Shown here one piece after another: positions 41,901 through 51,670 of a stretch of DNA of 64,000 nt. Numbering within the stretch: the first letter of the stretch is position 1; each line of letters opens with the position of its first letter. The stretch is from Trypanosoma brucei (taxonomy: Eukaryota). Below the pieces are notes generated by a model. The model was given only the letters and a program-made list of their open reading frames with translations, was not told the origin of the DNA and did not search any database. The stretch lies in the NCBI GenBank assembly GCA_000002445.1, contig CH464491.1, forward strand, positions 1,888,001 through 1,952,000. The letters are read 5' to 3'. Both the position numbers and the translations under genes were made by a program.

Positions 41901-43942
41901 AGTTTCCTCAGCATCGTATCAAAAATGGCCGAAACTTGATTGCGTGCGGCAGTTCCGGCACTGCAGCTGCCTTCTAGCCACTTCATGGGTGTCGCTGAGT
42001 TATTTATTGAGATCGACAGAAAACCGGAAGGTGTCGCTGTTTGTTCCCACACACGTGTTGGCGTCTGCATATTCTCTAAGGACTGTTTCCATCCGGCTTG
42101 TTCACCATCAACCGCCTTGTCCCCTTCACCCTTTTCTGCTTCACTCTCCACGCCTTCCGATTTACCCCCCGAATCGGCCTTGGCCTTAGGCCTTGTATGG
42201 GTTGCCGTTTCAGCAAGCTTCAGAGCGACGAATTTACTCTGGTCGACAACTGCTGGCGAAGGACCCACAGCCTTTTCCTCCAGGCATGGAAACAGTTGCA
42301 TGTCGCGAGCCGCATGCTTGGCCTCGACAACAAACGTGTTATATTTTTGATTTACATCCTCAAGTCCTGTTGTAAAGCACCCCTCCTTGGTAACAATACG
42401 CCACTGACTGAAACACTTTTGCAGTTGTTTAGCATTGTGAAGACGTTTAAATATTTTGTCCAGTACAGCCGCTCCCAGCTCACGGCGTCGCTTCTCCAGC
42501 ATGCTCTGCCGCCACGTACGCCATGCCCATCTCTTCATGGCTTCCTCCATGTATCGCACATCTCCCTTTGCTTGTGTGGCAGAAGTCTCCATGTTTCGGT
42601 ATCTTAATAGATTGAGAGGAAGTGCGCTCAACTGATCAACCTGCTCGCCCAGGGCACCCGACCAAGGGAGGTGCTCCTCGCGGAGAGCGAAATTCTCGTA
42701 AACATGGGGTAAAATGTACTTGGTATAAAGCTGCAGAGCCCATGAAATACCCGGCGACAAGCTTTTTGCCTGGTCAAGAATACGCCATAGAAGCGCCACA
42801 CTAAGCGAAGTTTCTGCGGTAAGTACCGGTCCGAAACAGAGGTCATTGGGAATAGATGCGGCAGGCGGGTGCGATTCGGAAGCGTCCTCGACTTCTTCAT
42901 CGCGTTGCACCCTTCTCGGGGAGGCACACGCTGCAGACAGTTTGATCTGTGACCTCAGCATCGCTCCCAGGCTTCTGGAGGTACTCGGTGACGACGAAAG
43001 TGACATTGAAATACCGTAAACATCCTCGCTGACTTTCCCCTTCAGCAATATCAACAAATGCCTATGCATACCAGTTATAACGCGGTTGAACAGTCTTTCG
43101 TAAAGGCGCAGAGGAAATGCAACACCCCGTCCAGATACTGTGTAACCCCATGGCGCGTACTTGGGGCACCTGACGCCACCGACGGACAGCGGAGCCTGTG
43201 TTGCATGGGACGTTTCATACTTCTTCCTTTCCTCTGCCACGTCACTTTGCATACGCTCGACTTCTCGCATCATAATCGCTTCTTCCTCCGTGAGCGCTCG
43301 CCGGAAGTTGTTCCACAGTGGAGTGCGAAGGTTTTCCTCCATAGTGGCAATTTCTGCGAACTCTTCTCGAATCGCGTTACGGGACTCCCACATGGAGAAG
43401 AGGGTCTCATTTGCGGCGCGCTCTCTCTCTATGATCCGCTTTGATTCGGTAGAGGATGTCGCATACTTCACGGAGCACCCACCCATCGCGTTTACACCGG
43501 CAGCGAGACCTAGACAGGGAACCATTAGTAACTTCTTGGTCGGTTTGGAAACTACATCCGACCCACGAAGCATTGCGGGTCCTTGATCTTCTCTGTCTCC
43601 AACAAAAGCTGGAAAGAGATCCGGCTGTTGATTAAGCGCCGATTTCATGAGATTTGCAGCTACCTTTTGTGTCAGTTGCGTACGGCGTTTCCGTTCAGCC
43701 TCGGCGGATGCCAAATCAGTAGCGTTCGCAGATGCCAGTAGCCGACATTGTCGCGAGGATAATCGGTGCTTTGGGTCCTCCAACGACGGGAGCACGAGCT
43801 GAGAGCCGGTGCTTTCCTTCAACTCCGTTGGTTGTTGCTGTGGATGTGCTGGTGATGGACTTAACAGAGAAAAGCCGGAATGACGGCCAGTGGTATCTGC
43901 AGACGTCTTGTCATGCTCAAATAGGGGAGATTGATTCATCAA
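38942..43942 (-). CDS. Large (1666 aa) conserved hypothetical protein. No recognisable catalytic motif.
   Basis: Uninterrupted 5-kb ORF with coding-type composition on the same strand as the unit. Scattered coiled-coil segments (NRIIQKLERENESLKEKVYSLEESLRESEEMRLHY..). Purine-rich (polyY in mRNA sense) tract at ~44010-44110 upstream of the ATG. Confidence 0.7.
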   Translation of the reverse strand: MMNQSPLFEHDKTSADTTGRHSGFSLLSPSPAHPQQQPTELKESTGSQLVLPSLEDPKHRLSSRQCRLLASANATDLASAEAERKRRTQLTQKVAANLMKSALNQQPDLFPAFVGDREDQGPAMLRGSDVVSKPTKKLLMVPCLGLAAGVNAMGGCSVKYATSSTESKRIIERERAANETLFSMWESRNAIREEFAEIATMEENLRTPLWNNFRRALTEEEAIMMREVERMQSDVAEERKKYETSHATQAPLSVGGVRCPKYAPWGYTVSGRGVAFPLRLYERLFNRVITGMHRHLLILLKGKVSEDVYGISMSLSSSPSTSRSLGAMLRSQIKLSAACASPRRVQRDEEVEDASESHPPAASIPNDLCFGPVLTAETSLSVALLWRILDQAKSLSPGISWALQLYTKYILPHVYENFALREEHLPWSGALGEQVDQLSALPLNLLRYRNMETSATQAKGDVRYMEEAMKRWAWRTWRQSMLEKRRRELGAAVLDKIFKRLHNAKQLQKCFSQWRIVTKEGCFTTGLEDVNQKYNTFVVEAKHAARDMQLFPCLEEKAVGPSPAVVDQSKFVALKLAETATHTRPKAKADSGGKSEGVESEAEKGEGDKAVDGEQAGWKQSLENMQTPTRVWEQTATPSGFLSISINNSATPMKWLEGSCSAGTAARNQVSAIFDTMLRKLYDMEKISGHLREGIAVQNRIIQKLERENESLKEKVYSLEESLRESEEMRLHYCNIVQERELDIRELERRNTQLKSRLRCQEQRPWQRTVLRVIGDICGASTALSELVDDSRGSRQKQASRKVCTSPVPALPSSGNSVVTNASSKTTSCGDRVGSAGQRQRGQSPTGEVEEDDYRKGMSRLSSGPPGAEAERLYGKLAPIVLSSTRFMPDSQTILRDWANNCLDDLESLDDLKGGALSTRFYSFSQEARSGVLLSRLLFYLALPRYQNKTATDANNLGQHGGNEGRNFPEQRRRLLMHERVQLETPFPTYSDCFGDLLSMKSVNRMSALLHFARELLASGGQPGDAMVQKRMDHIYDLTLKAVGMTPPPPVDRVDLHEIIDPHALARGDTSATITLVALLYVRFSHPFNHKAKQSAMIERDAMMYLLSKGTYTQSTDSTKSDSPVPLSDSQADDQLPLEDEGKHLARKFLAQLEEDERSPWQLFLKHCQPLINTMAHPYILRGNFWPSTAFDSPDLAYMLGTLGLALQRSLQEHRWHIILSCLVPVRTYSGMSRGIYTGGRSSVAALQAGLYRVGDWVFPDELPCIRAMFRDREAAIRAAVGTGVLKCVGEWTEDEWNTEGFFTTKNKGSLLKSFETCGSDLMQLFLQRAKLSHTCAMPAIDLGSWRLLLMDVGLVSPDDPETSLLDLEQVTNIFCMVMSSLVDVDTRLEEPNPADAGYSTMPLSYFSDEMFFPEFVAALVLLIHEMYPSVYRGGGGEGENESEPTITWLGDALRDFHFRQVVPHQVGETMIRPSSIMKAIRANARAHEVLVRHNKVLQVLHTTYSRDICGLVGIEKDQVVQMLRDAALTSSEISQSVITDLFKACCVSKKVDEALLEERRRENDSRPRDVPVVRRRGNVSILDPTLEGASATKVKEFFLLLYDGFLEFLCVLCHFNQPNPLIPFEQRLEKFLMKGVFRPLAHRSEGLAMVMSQHLPQSKHDGSDT

Positions 43943-44170
43943 CCTTCACCCCTTTGGTAAGATATCTAACTAACTGGTCCTATACTGACGCAGAATGCGG
44001 AATATAAAACAAGATTACGGCGAAATTTGAATTGAAAGATTTTTTCCAGAAAAAAGAGAGGAGTGCAGAAAAAAAAAAAAAGAAGAGCAGCTTACAATGT
44101 TAAAAAAATGCTTTCACAACTTTCCCCTCGTTGAAATGCATGGCAGTTTTAACTGATAGCCAACCGTCCT

Positions 44171-44869
44171 TCATCGCCTAACCACAGACGGAAAGAAGCC
44201 GAACACCCGCTGAGTTATTATGTACGCCACCACAAGAACAAAGCAGAAGAGAGAGACACGCAGCACAATATCATCCACAGTCTTTATGGATAATAATTTC
44301 CCCACCATCTTCTGGGCAATTTCAACAGTCGCATTGACATTCTGCAACGCACCATGCAGCACTTCTAGCGACTCCGAACTTCCCGCAAGCTCCTTGACAG
44401 CGCCCTGCACTTTATGGAGTTCAGCGTTCAGAATAGATCGCGTGTGCATGAGTGAACGCAATGCATTCACCTTTTCGGCGGCGCTTTCCTCACCGCTAGC
44501 CTCAACTGCAGCAGCCGCTGCTGGAAGAGCCCTGCAAATGGCAGCACGATGACTCTCAAGTTGTGCCACAAGTGTAACGAATGATGTGGGCAAAGCCCCT
44601 TCAGTCATTTGTTTCTTTTGTTGGTGGACCATTGCTATCACCTTAGCGAGTTCCTCTACTACATGCTGTGAGGTACCAATAACCGACATGGCAGCCCTGC
44701 GCGTATGTTGGGTGCGGGTGTGCTGATGTGTTTTTACAGCTCGATTTAACTCAGACAACTTGGAGCCCGCCCATCTCTCAAGAGCAATTAACAGCTCAAG
44801 CGAAAAGGTGTCTTTCTCCCCGGCGTCGCGCTGCATCACAGCCCTACTGTCATTTAAGTCTCTTTCCAT
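44171..44869 (-). CDS. Small tail-anchored coiled-coil protein, possibly SNARE-like.
   Basis: 232 aa. C-terminal TM LRVSLFCFVLVVAYIITQRVFGFF preceded by a ~50-aa heptad segment (KELAGSSESLEVLHGALQNVNATVEIAQKMVGKL). Architecture typical of tail-anchored SNARE/trafficking proteins, but there is no definitive SNARE zero-layer assignment. Confidence 0.45.
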   Translation of the reverse strand: MERDLNDSRAVMQRDAGEKDTFSLELLIALERWAGSKLSELNRAVKTHQHTRTQHTRRAAMSVIGTSQHVVEELAKVIAMVHQQKKQMTEGALPTSFVTLVAQLESHRAAICRALPAAAAAVEASGEESAAEKVNALRSLMHTRSILNAELHKVQGAVKELAGSSESLEVLHGALQNVNATVEIAQKMVGKLLSIKTVDDIVLRVSLFCFVLVVAYIITQRVFGFFPSVVRR

Positions 44870-45443
44870 TAGGGCAACAACACTACTACTCTCACTGCTT
44901 GTCCTGTGCTTTCCTAACTTCTTGTGACAGCTATATTTCCTGCAATATAGCCACCGCTAAGTACCGTGGAATCAATGAGCGTAAAAACAAAACGAAAAGG
45001 CGACGTGAAAACATAAGTCCAACGTTCCGTTTTCTTTTTTTGTTGAGGTCAAAATCGCGGATGCGTGCAAACAGAAGGTAATATATATTCGACCGAAGTG
45101 GTGTCTCTTTCCAACACCATATGCGTATATGCGTGTATGGCTACGGGCGTTTGCCCATGACCTGTGCGGGTTCACCTTTCCCACATTCATTTTGTGCTGC
45201 GTCCTGAAGGAAGCAGAAGGTAAAAAGCAACATTTTCTGCATTTACTCCATTCTCAAAACCTATCCCCTTACTTGCCTTTCGTTACATTGACGGTGTAGA
45301 ATGTTCTCCTCAATGTCTTCATTTTTCACCCAACTATGTCCGCCCCTAAAAGAACACAGGGCGAAGAGGCATATACTTTCTGTTGCAAATGCTCTTATTC
45401 ATTACTTCGGGGACGTGGTCCGCTTCTCACCGCCGCTGGTTCT

Positions 45444-46556
45444 TCACTCCCAAGGGATAAGTCGTTTCACTTCCTTTGGTGGTTTTCGCCCCTTGAAAAC
45501 ATCTACCAGTACTTCCACGTCGTCACTCGCGTTCGTCGCGTTGACGCTGTTGCCTAAAGAACCGGAGTCGTGGTGCTCCCCGCTGAGGATGTGGCAGCAA
45601 CTCGAGAAATCGCGCCCCCCAATACCTGAAGGAGATGAGCGACGATCAATATGGGAGTGCGAGGCTAACCGCTTATGGTCTGCCCGCGTCACGTTATGGG
45701 AACGACCACTGGATTCGGGGAACAACTGGTCAAAGCATGGTAGAAGTGATGGACCTGAGTCCATAAAGGACCGGTCATAGGAAACCGTTGACGCATACGG
45801 TTCCAGTAGCGCCGACCCAAGACACGATGCACATTGTTGCCCATTCAATGGTTTCGCTGTTTTCGCCGAATACCCTGATGAACTTGCGCATGCTGTGCAA
45901 TTGCCCCACGTCGTTCTCTTATCACGAGGAGGTCCACTGGGCGCAGAAGCAGCGGTGTCGTCTAAGGAAGAAGCGAAATGTGCTCGGTTGTTACTGTCAT
46001 TTTGTCTTCCCGATGATTTAGTTGTCCTGGAAGATGACCTTCGTTTCGTCCTGCAGTGGGGAGCCACATTTTGAAGTCGCTCCTTCGTCACCTTGCGTGC
46101 CTCCCTCTCAAACGTGCGCGCAACATGCTCTCGAGTGACGGCGCGGAGTCTGCTAACCAAAATATTTGCGAGTTGTTCATCCACCTGATGCAGATACAGT
46201 TCGAGAATATCCGCGACATAATTCTGTATGCTGTGTCTCCATTCCTCCGGAAGCGTGGAGGCTGCGCATTCTCCACTCTTGCAGTCCTGCGGCGCGGTGT
46301 CGCCTGTCGCTGCACTAAAGAATTCCCCGCTTGTTGGCATGTCGCCTCGCATGCCTCCTGGCTCCGTAACGAAGTTTGCTCCCCTGCTAAATCTTCCAAC
46401 ATGGACCCCTCCTCTTTCTAAAAGAACTTCTTTCAATTCCTTGATGTCTTGCTGCTGTGCGAGCACCTGGCTAGTCAGTAGGGCTACTATACGTTCAGTG
46501 CGTCCAAACATACCGCGCGGAGTGTCGGTGGGTGGCAACGTGGGAGCGCCACTCAT
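45444..46556 (-). CDS. Hypothetical protein (370 aa).
   Basis: ORF on the unit strand with coding-like composition and an S/R-rich C-terminal half. No motif recognised. Confidence 0.5.
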   Translation of the reverse strand: MSGAPTLPPTDTPRGMFGRTERIVALLTSQVLAQQQDIKELKEVLLERGGVHVGRFSRGANFVTEPGGMRGDMPTSGEFFSAATGDTAPQDCKSGECAASTLPEEWRHSIQNYVADILELYLHQVDEQLANILVSRLRAVTREHVARTFEREARKVTKERLQNVAPHCRTKRRSSSRTTKSSGRQNDSNNRAHFASSLDDTAASAPSGPPRDKRTTWGNCTACASSSGYSAKTAKPLNGQQCASCLGSALLEPYASTVSYDRSFMDSGPSLLPCFDQLFPESSGRSHNVTRADHKRLASHSHIDRRSSPSGIGGRDFSSCCHILSGEHHDSGSLGNSVNATNASDDVEVLVDVFKGRKPPKEVKRLIPWE

Positions 46557-47505
46557 AACGCTTTGAGAAGATCAATTACACTTCACGAGGGGCAATGATG
46601 TATTTATCCTAAGCTCCAACAGTCCCTGGTGTAGTAAAAACGATGCAAAGTGGGTAAAGTGCAAAGAATCCAGATGAATACAAATACTTACCGGCTAACG
46701 TCTAACGGAAGACACTTACACAAAATACAGAGGGTGTGGAGACAGGTGCAAGTGAGAAGGGAGGCAAAATTTTCTTCACTACACCAAAGGTTAAGTAACG
46801 GTTAGAAAAATGTGAGCACCCCCGAAATATTAGAGGCGGAAAAAAAGGTATGAACAGGGCGCCGAGAGCCGCCTTGTACCTTCGTGAGATGCAAATCGCC
46901 CAACACTTAGAGTGCCCTTCCATTCCCCGCTACTGGAGGTCCTTTCCCAACAACTAATGCACGTTAATGTCATGTTTGTAAACAAGTGAACACGCGTATT
47001 CACAAATCTGTTAGTATATCTGAACATGCACGACCCCCCTCCCACGGGCGTTGCAAAGGTTCTACGAGGGTGAAGGTGAGGCAAAACAGACGAGCAAAGC
47101 GAGGACAAAGTGGAGTGGCAAAAGCACCTCTTGCAAGTTACCAGTGGCGGTGAACTCCACCAACCAGACAACTGCGATAAAGAGGCCGTGGGGAAAGGAA
47201 TAGTACAGGTCGCTAAAGGAAGCCACTGGACAACCAAAAGCATACCTGCAGCGGTGCAATCAAAATGAAAGAAAAATTTTGAGGCCACACAACCTGGGGA
47301 GAAGGAAATGCCCCGCAGTGGGTCACACAGTACCGGCAGCAGTAGTTGCGCGGAAAAAAAGGACAGAGCTGCCACGTGCCACACTATTCGGTAAACGGCA
47401 ACAGGGAACGCGTCCCCACCTCCATGCTGGCAATTGCTTGGTGCTTGCACACACATGTGTGTATATATTTGAACAAGATAATAATCGGAGAACAAAGCCG
47501 GAATG

Positions 47506-49134
47506 TCAATTCCACAAGACCAACCGCTTATCGTTACTTATGGTTGCCAGCACCGACGTTTCCCCCCTCTGTGCCCATGCAACACTTTTCACATGCTCTT
47601 GGTGAGCAGCCTCCAACTCAGCATCCATCACACGGCGTTCGTCCAAGTCAACGATTAACAGAGACCCACGTGAAGTACCCACTGCACAGAACCTCCCGCT
47701 GGGGCTCAGAGCAATCCTAGCGAGATGTGTGGAGGTACTTATATCCTCGCGCTCCACGCGGAACAACGCTTCGTCCATCCGACGTGTGTCTCTCACAGAA
47801 ATGGCGCCTCCTCGGCCAAGTGAGACACACAAGTTGTTTCTGACGACGCGCACGCACGTCGCTCCACCAGGATGGACGTTTTTGATTTCATCAGGGTTCC
47901 CACTTCGTCCACGGGAGTCCCATACACAGATGCTGCCATTGTAGTGTGCTGAAAGCAGATGAGAGTCGGCCACACACAAATCGTTGCAGCAGCTCGGGTT
48001 CAGCAAAGTTTTCTGTATGGTGGCTGACTGCAAGTCCCACAATCTAATTGAACGATCAGAGCTGGCGGTGTAGGCGTTTCTCTGGTCTGCTGAAAGGTAA
48101 GCGGCTGTAACCTTCTCCCTGTGACCAGTTAGTTCCGCTTTCCTCTGAGTCTTTGTATCCCAGATACGGACTACGCCGTCTGTACAACCAACTATCAGGC
48201 GGTCCCCAACACTGTCAATGCACAAAGGCACACCATCACTTGGGTGACACTGCAACGCGGCACCGCTACCACTGTCCCAGTACCTAATCATTCGATCCGC
48301 ACCACCAGTTACGATCCGCTCCCCGCCATTCGTTGCACACACTGCATGGATGAGCCGGTCACCGTGGGGATGTTCGGTCGTAAACATCACGCTGGAAGGC
48401 AATTTTGCAGCCTCCTGCACCGAAAATTCCTGGCGACATGTGTTGACGGGGTCCTTTTTGTGGGAAGAACGTGATACATCCACTTCCACCTCACCACGAC
48501 CTACACCAGAGCTGCCAACACAGCCCTTCTTCCGCATCGTGTTTAATTCATCATCGTACCCAAGTATTTTTTCCTGCATGTGCGCCATGGTTTCCTTCGC
48601 CGTTATCAACTCACGTACGCAGCGGTCCCGCTCGGCCAGTGCGGCGTTGAGTTTTGGCCTGACGATTTTGTTCTCCTCTTCGAGAGCCTTGTAGTTATTC
48701 GCAAGTCTCAGAAGCACTTCCTCAAGTTCCGTCTCGCGGTTCTTCAACTTCTTCACCTCCTCTTTGAGATTCGCGTTTTCTTCCGTCAGCCGCTTCACCT
48801 CACACTCGTTTTTGTAATAGTCCTTTTCATTTTTCAAACTCTCCTGCAGCTTCTCCTGCAGCTGGGCAACATTTGCTTCCAGCTGTTCTTCCCGGCCCGC
48901 GCGGCTAATAACCCCAGCAGAAGCAAGCTCGAGAGCCCGTACTTGCTTGACGAGTTCTTTGTTCTTTTCGTCGAGCGCCGTATTGTCACTTCGCAGGGTT
49001 TGCAGCGACTGTTGGAGCTTTAGCAACCGATTTTGTGCGAGGCGATGTGAACTGAACACGTGCTCCACAGACTGAATCTCCGCAGCATTGCGGCTGGCAA
49101 CCTGGCGGTTAATAATGCCAATCCATGACATCAC
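47506..49134 (-). CDS. Coiled-coil plus WD40-repeat protein (N-terminal ~200-aa coiled-coil, C-terminal beta-propeller).
   Basis: N-terminal heptads (LKLQQSLQTLRSDNTALDEKNKELVKQVRALE...; LTEENANLKEEVKKLKNRETELEEVLLRLANNYKALEEEN). WD40 repeats after residue ~250 (HAVCATNGGERIVTGGADRMIRYWD; VGCTDGVVRIWD; ASSDRSIRLWD; ISNDKRLVLWN). Confidence 0.75.
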   Translation of the reverse strand: MMSWIGIINRQVASRNAAEIQSVEHVFSSHRLAQNRLLKLQQSLQTLRSDNTALDEKNKELVKQVRALELASAGVISRAGREEQLEANVAQLQEKLQESLKNEKDYYKNECEVKRLTEENANLKEEVKKLKNRETELEEVLLRLANNYKALEEENKIVRPKLNAALAERDRCVRELITAKETMAHMQEKILGYDDELNTMRKKGCVGSSGVGRGEVEVDVSRSSHKKDPVNTCRQEFSVQEAAKLPSSVMFTTEHPHGDRLIHAVCATNGGERIVTGGADRMIRYWDSGSGAALQCHPSDGVPLCIDSVGDRLIVGCTDGVVRIWDTKTQRKAELTGHREKVTAAYLSADQRNAYTASSDRSIRLWDLQSATIQKTLLNPSCCNDLCVADSHLLSAHYNGSICVWDSRGRSGNPDEIKNVHPGGATCVRVVRNNLCVSLGRGGAISVRDTRRMDEALFRVEREDISTSTHLARIALSPSGRFCAVGTSRGSLLIVDLDERRVMDAELEAAHQEHVKSVAWAQRGETSVLATISNDKRLVLWN

Positions 49135-49747
49135 TAATCTGCCGCGGAAGTTACCCTTGAGTTGTCTTCGTATCGTATATCTCCTGTTGAAGTTGCTACA
49201 GGCTGTCCTTGTCCGCTCGTTTCTACGGAGGAAGAGAGGAATTCACCGCGACGCGGCAGACTGAAGGGATAAAAAGCTGGAAAAAGAAAAAGGCTTTGAG
49301 GAGGAGATGAACGAATGGCATTCATCCACAAAACAATAAAAATTCCCTCTCAAGCAATGGGCCGTGAATTCCCATAGCACATGTGTCCCTGAGTACTGCC
49401 GAAAGCGTAAGAGCTATAGAATAAGTAATGTACCCACCCCTAAACGAAATGCCAGAGACTGTTCCCAGTCGCGACACTATTTAGAACCCTCACTGGCGGT
49501 CATAATTCTCCCTTCCAAGTACGCACACACGCATACGAGAGTTCACTCGCCCCACCGCACCTGCATGGACCGATATATCACAAACACCTGTATTTAAAAA
49601 AGGGGGGGAGGGGGAGAAAAAGCAGTACACCCGTACCTTTTAGGAAGAATCAAACGACCAACTACTCTACTCCTCTTCAAATCACCCCCAAAACAGCAAC
49701 AACCCAACGCAAACGATGTTAGAAGGTAGAACGCATCCGGCACCGAA

Positions 49748-50914
49748 TCATTGGTAGGCCGTTAAATGTGTCGATACACCGAACTTGTAGACCTGATTAC
49801 GCAAGTATCCCATATCTTTAAGAAAGCCACAATACTTGTAAAACGGCCCCTGCCAATATGTGTAGTTGCCCAACATGTTGACGCGGCCGCAGAGAGGCAA
49901 TAACATTCGTTGGGGGCCACATATTAAAATCTTGGGACGTACAGGCTCACCAGTTTCTCCGTTCGTGACAACTGGTGGTGGAAGTGTTTTTCTCACAATG
50001 GTTGGGTCAATGTGGCCAAGGAAAACGTTTTCCCCGAGATGTAATCCATCATCAGCTGCCGGCCGCCCTAACGACATCACATCGTACTTCACCGAAATCC
50101 TTCCCGGGTTGCGCTTGGCATACGCTTCAAATGTACTACGAAATGGGATGTCCTTTGCTGTGTGGTGGCAATACAGAAACTTAAGTTGCGTGTTATCTTG
50201 CTTATCCTTATCCATCACATTCATCAGCTGCAACGCAATGGAAGCTCCAGAAGTGGTGCAAATAAGCCCCAACTCTCCGTAGGTATTGTTTTGGTAGGGA
50301 AACTCCCGCATCCACCGACCAAGGTACACCTGTTCACCCCGCTGAAGTGAGCGCAGCCGGGCGGCCATACGCCCTGGATCGCGCTCCTTTACGGCAAATT
50401 CGATAATACCCCGCTGCTGGGGATGACTTGTTGGTGTGAACCAACGGGTGACAGGAGTCATGGACCGCACAGTGCCGGTAGTGACTTGAACAGAGCTAAT
50501 TGGCTCGTAACCGCAGTAGTCGTAACTGTTGGGAAGGGCAAAACGGAAAAGAAACATGTCTGTCCCTTTGATTCGCTCTTTGTCAAGCAGAGTAACGGGT
50601 ACGTGCGGAGCAAAACGCGATCGCTTTGCTAGTGGTCGGTCATTCTGCAGCCGGACAAAGAAAAACTTGTACAACGAAAATGACACCCCAGTTGTGACAC
50701 CGAAAAACGCAGCGACACGAGCGGCATAGCCCGTATTCACATCGTTGAATGCTTTGCGGATAATTCCCGGTATGTCCTGGAGCGTGTAGGACCACCGCTG
50801 CGGTTGTTGGAGCTGCTGACGTTTCCGCCTGCGGGCTTCATGGTATTTGCTATCACTAAACGTAGAAAAACCAGATGAGGAAGTACCGCCCCCGTTACCA
50901 CTGCTGGGATCCAT
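49748..50914 (-). CDS. NADH-cytochrome b5 reductase-like FAD/NAD(P)-binding oxidoreductase with an N-terminal membrane anchor.
   Basis: N-terminal TM VAAFFGVTTGVSFSLYKFFFV. FAD-binding RxY(T/S)xxS-type motif TRWFTPTS. NAD-binding glycine-rich-like GLICTTSGASIALQLM. C-terminal ILICGPQRM (CGPxxM motif of the ferredoxin-NADP reductase superfamily). Confidence 0.65.
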   Translation of the reverse strand: MDPSSGNGGGTSSSGFSTFSDSKYHEARRRKRQQLQQPQRWSYTLQDIPGIIRKAFNDVNTGYAARVAAFFGVTTGVSFSLYKFFFVRLQNDRPLAKRSRFAPHVPVTLLDKERIKGTDMFLFRFALPNSYDYCGYEPISSVQVTTGTVRSMTPVTRWFTPTSHPQQRGIIEFAVKERDPGRMAARLRSLQRGEQVYLGRWMREFPYQNNTYGELGLICTTSGASIALQLMNVMDKDKQDNTQLKFLYCHHTAKDIPFRSTFEAYAKRNPGRISVKYDVMSLGRPAADDGLHLGENVFLGHIDPTIVRKTLPPPVVTNGETGEPVRPKILICGPQRMLLPLCGRVNMLGNYTYWQGPFYKYCGFLKDMGYLRNQVYKFGVSTHLTAYQ

Positions 50915-51670
50915 TTATTTTCCGGCAAAGAAAATATGGCCACCTTTCCGCCACAGTATTGCTTGCGTAGGTTAAGCACGGGTGTGGGAGGCATGCAAGA
51001 AAAGAAGATAGATGGTGTGGATAAAACATTCGACAGATACGCTCGGGGATAAGTCAACATAACAACTTCGAGGGAAATCCAACAACAGCAACGCTTTTTG
51101 GGCCACGGGTGACAAAACCACAACAACACACCAGTCAACAAAACTTTCCTCCCAGCACGCATTACCGCCATGGAAAAGACCACCATCCCTCCAAATGCAT
51201 GATGAGAAGGTTATCCCCAGTTATATGCGTCCGTAGAGCCTACAACCCTGACCATTTCCAGCTTTTCTTTCCCGGAAGATATGAGCATACAGATGACAAT
51301 GTGGAACATGGAAAGGGTCTCCTCATCTTTTCTTTTCTACCTCCTTAGCAGCATCGATTCCTTTGTTTTATTTTATTTTTTTTTCTTCACTGCCAATACT
51401 ATGAACGCACCCCATTTGAGCGAGCTCCGCTTCTACTAGTTCATCTTTTGGAGCATAAACACAACTGGAGAATGCACATGCAAGGGATTTACCCGTTTTC
51501 CAACCGTTAGACTGCTACGACAGCGCTCCGTTTACCCGAGGATGCTATTAAAAGACCTAAATGTGTTTGAGTTGTGACCCAACGCCCTCTTTCGTCCGCT
51601 AACTATATTTTTTTGATCGCTTTTCCTGCATTTCTACCAATACTACCAATATCATCATCACTATTACTAC

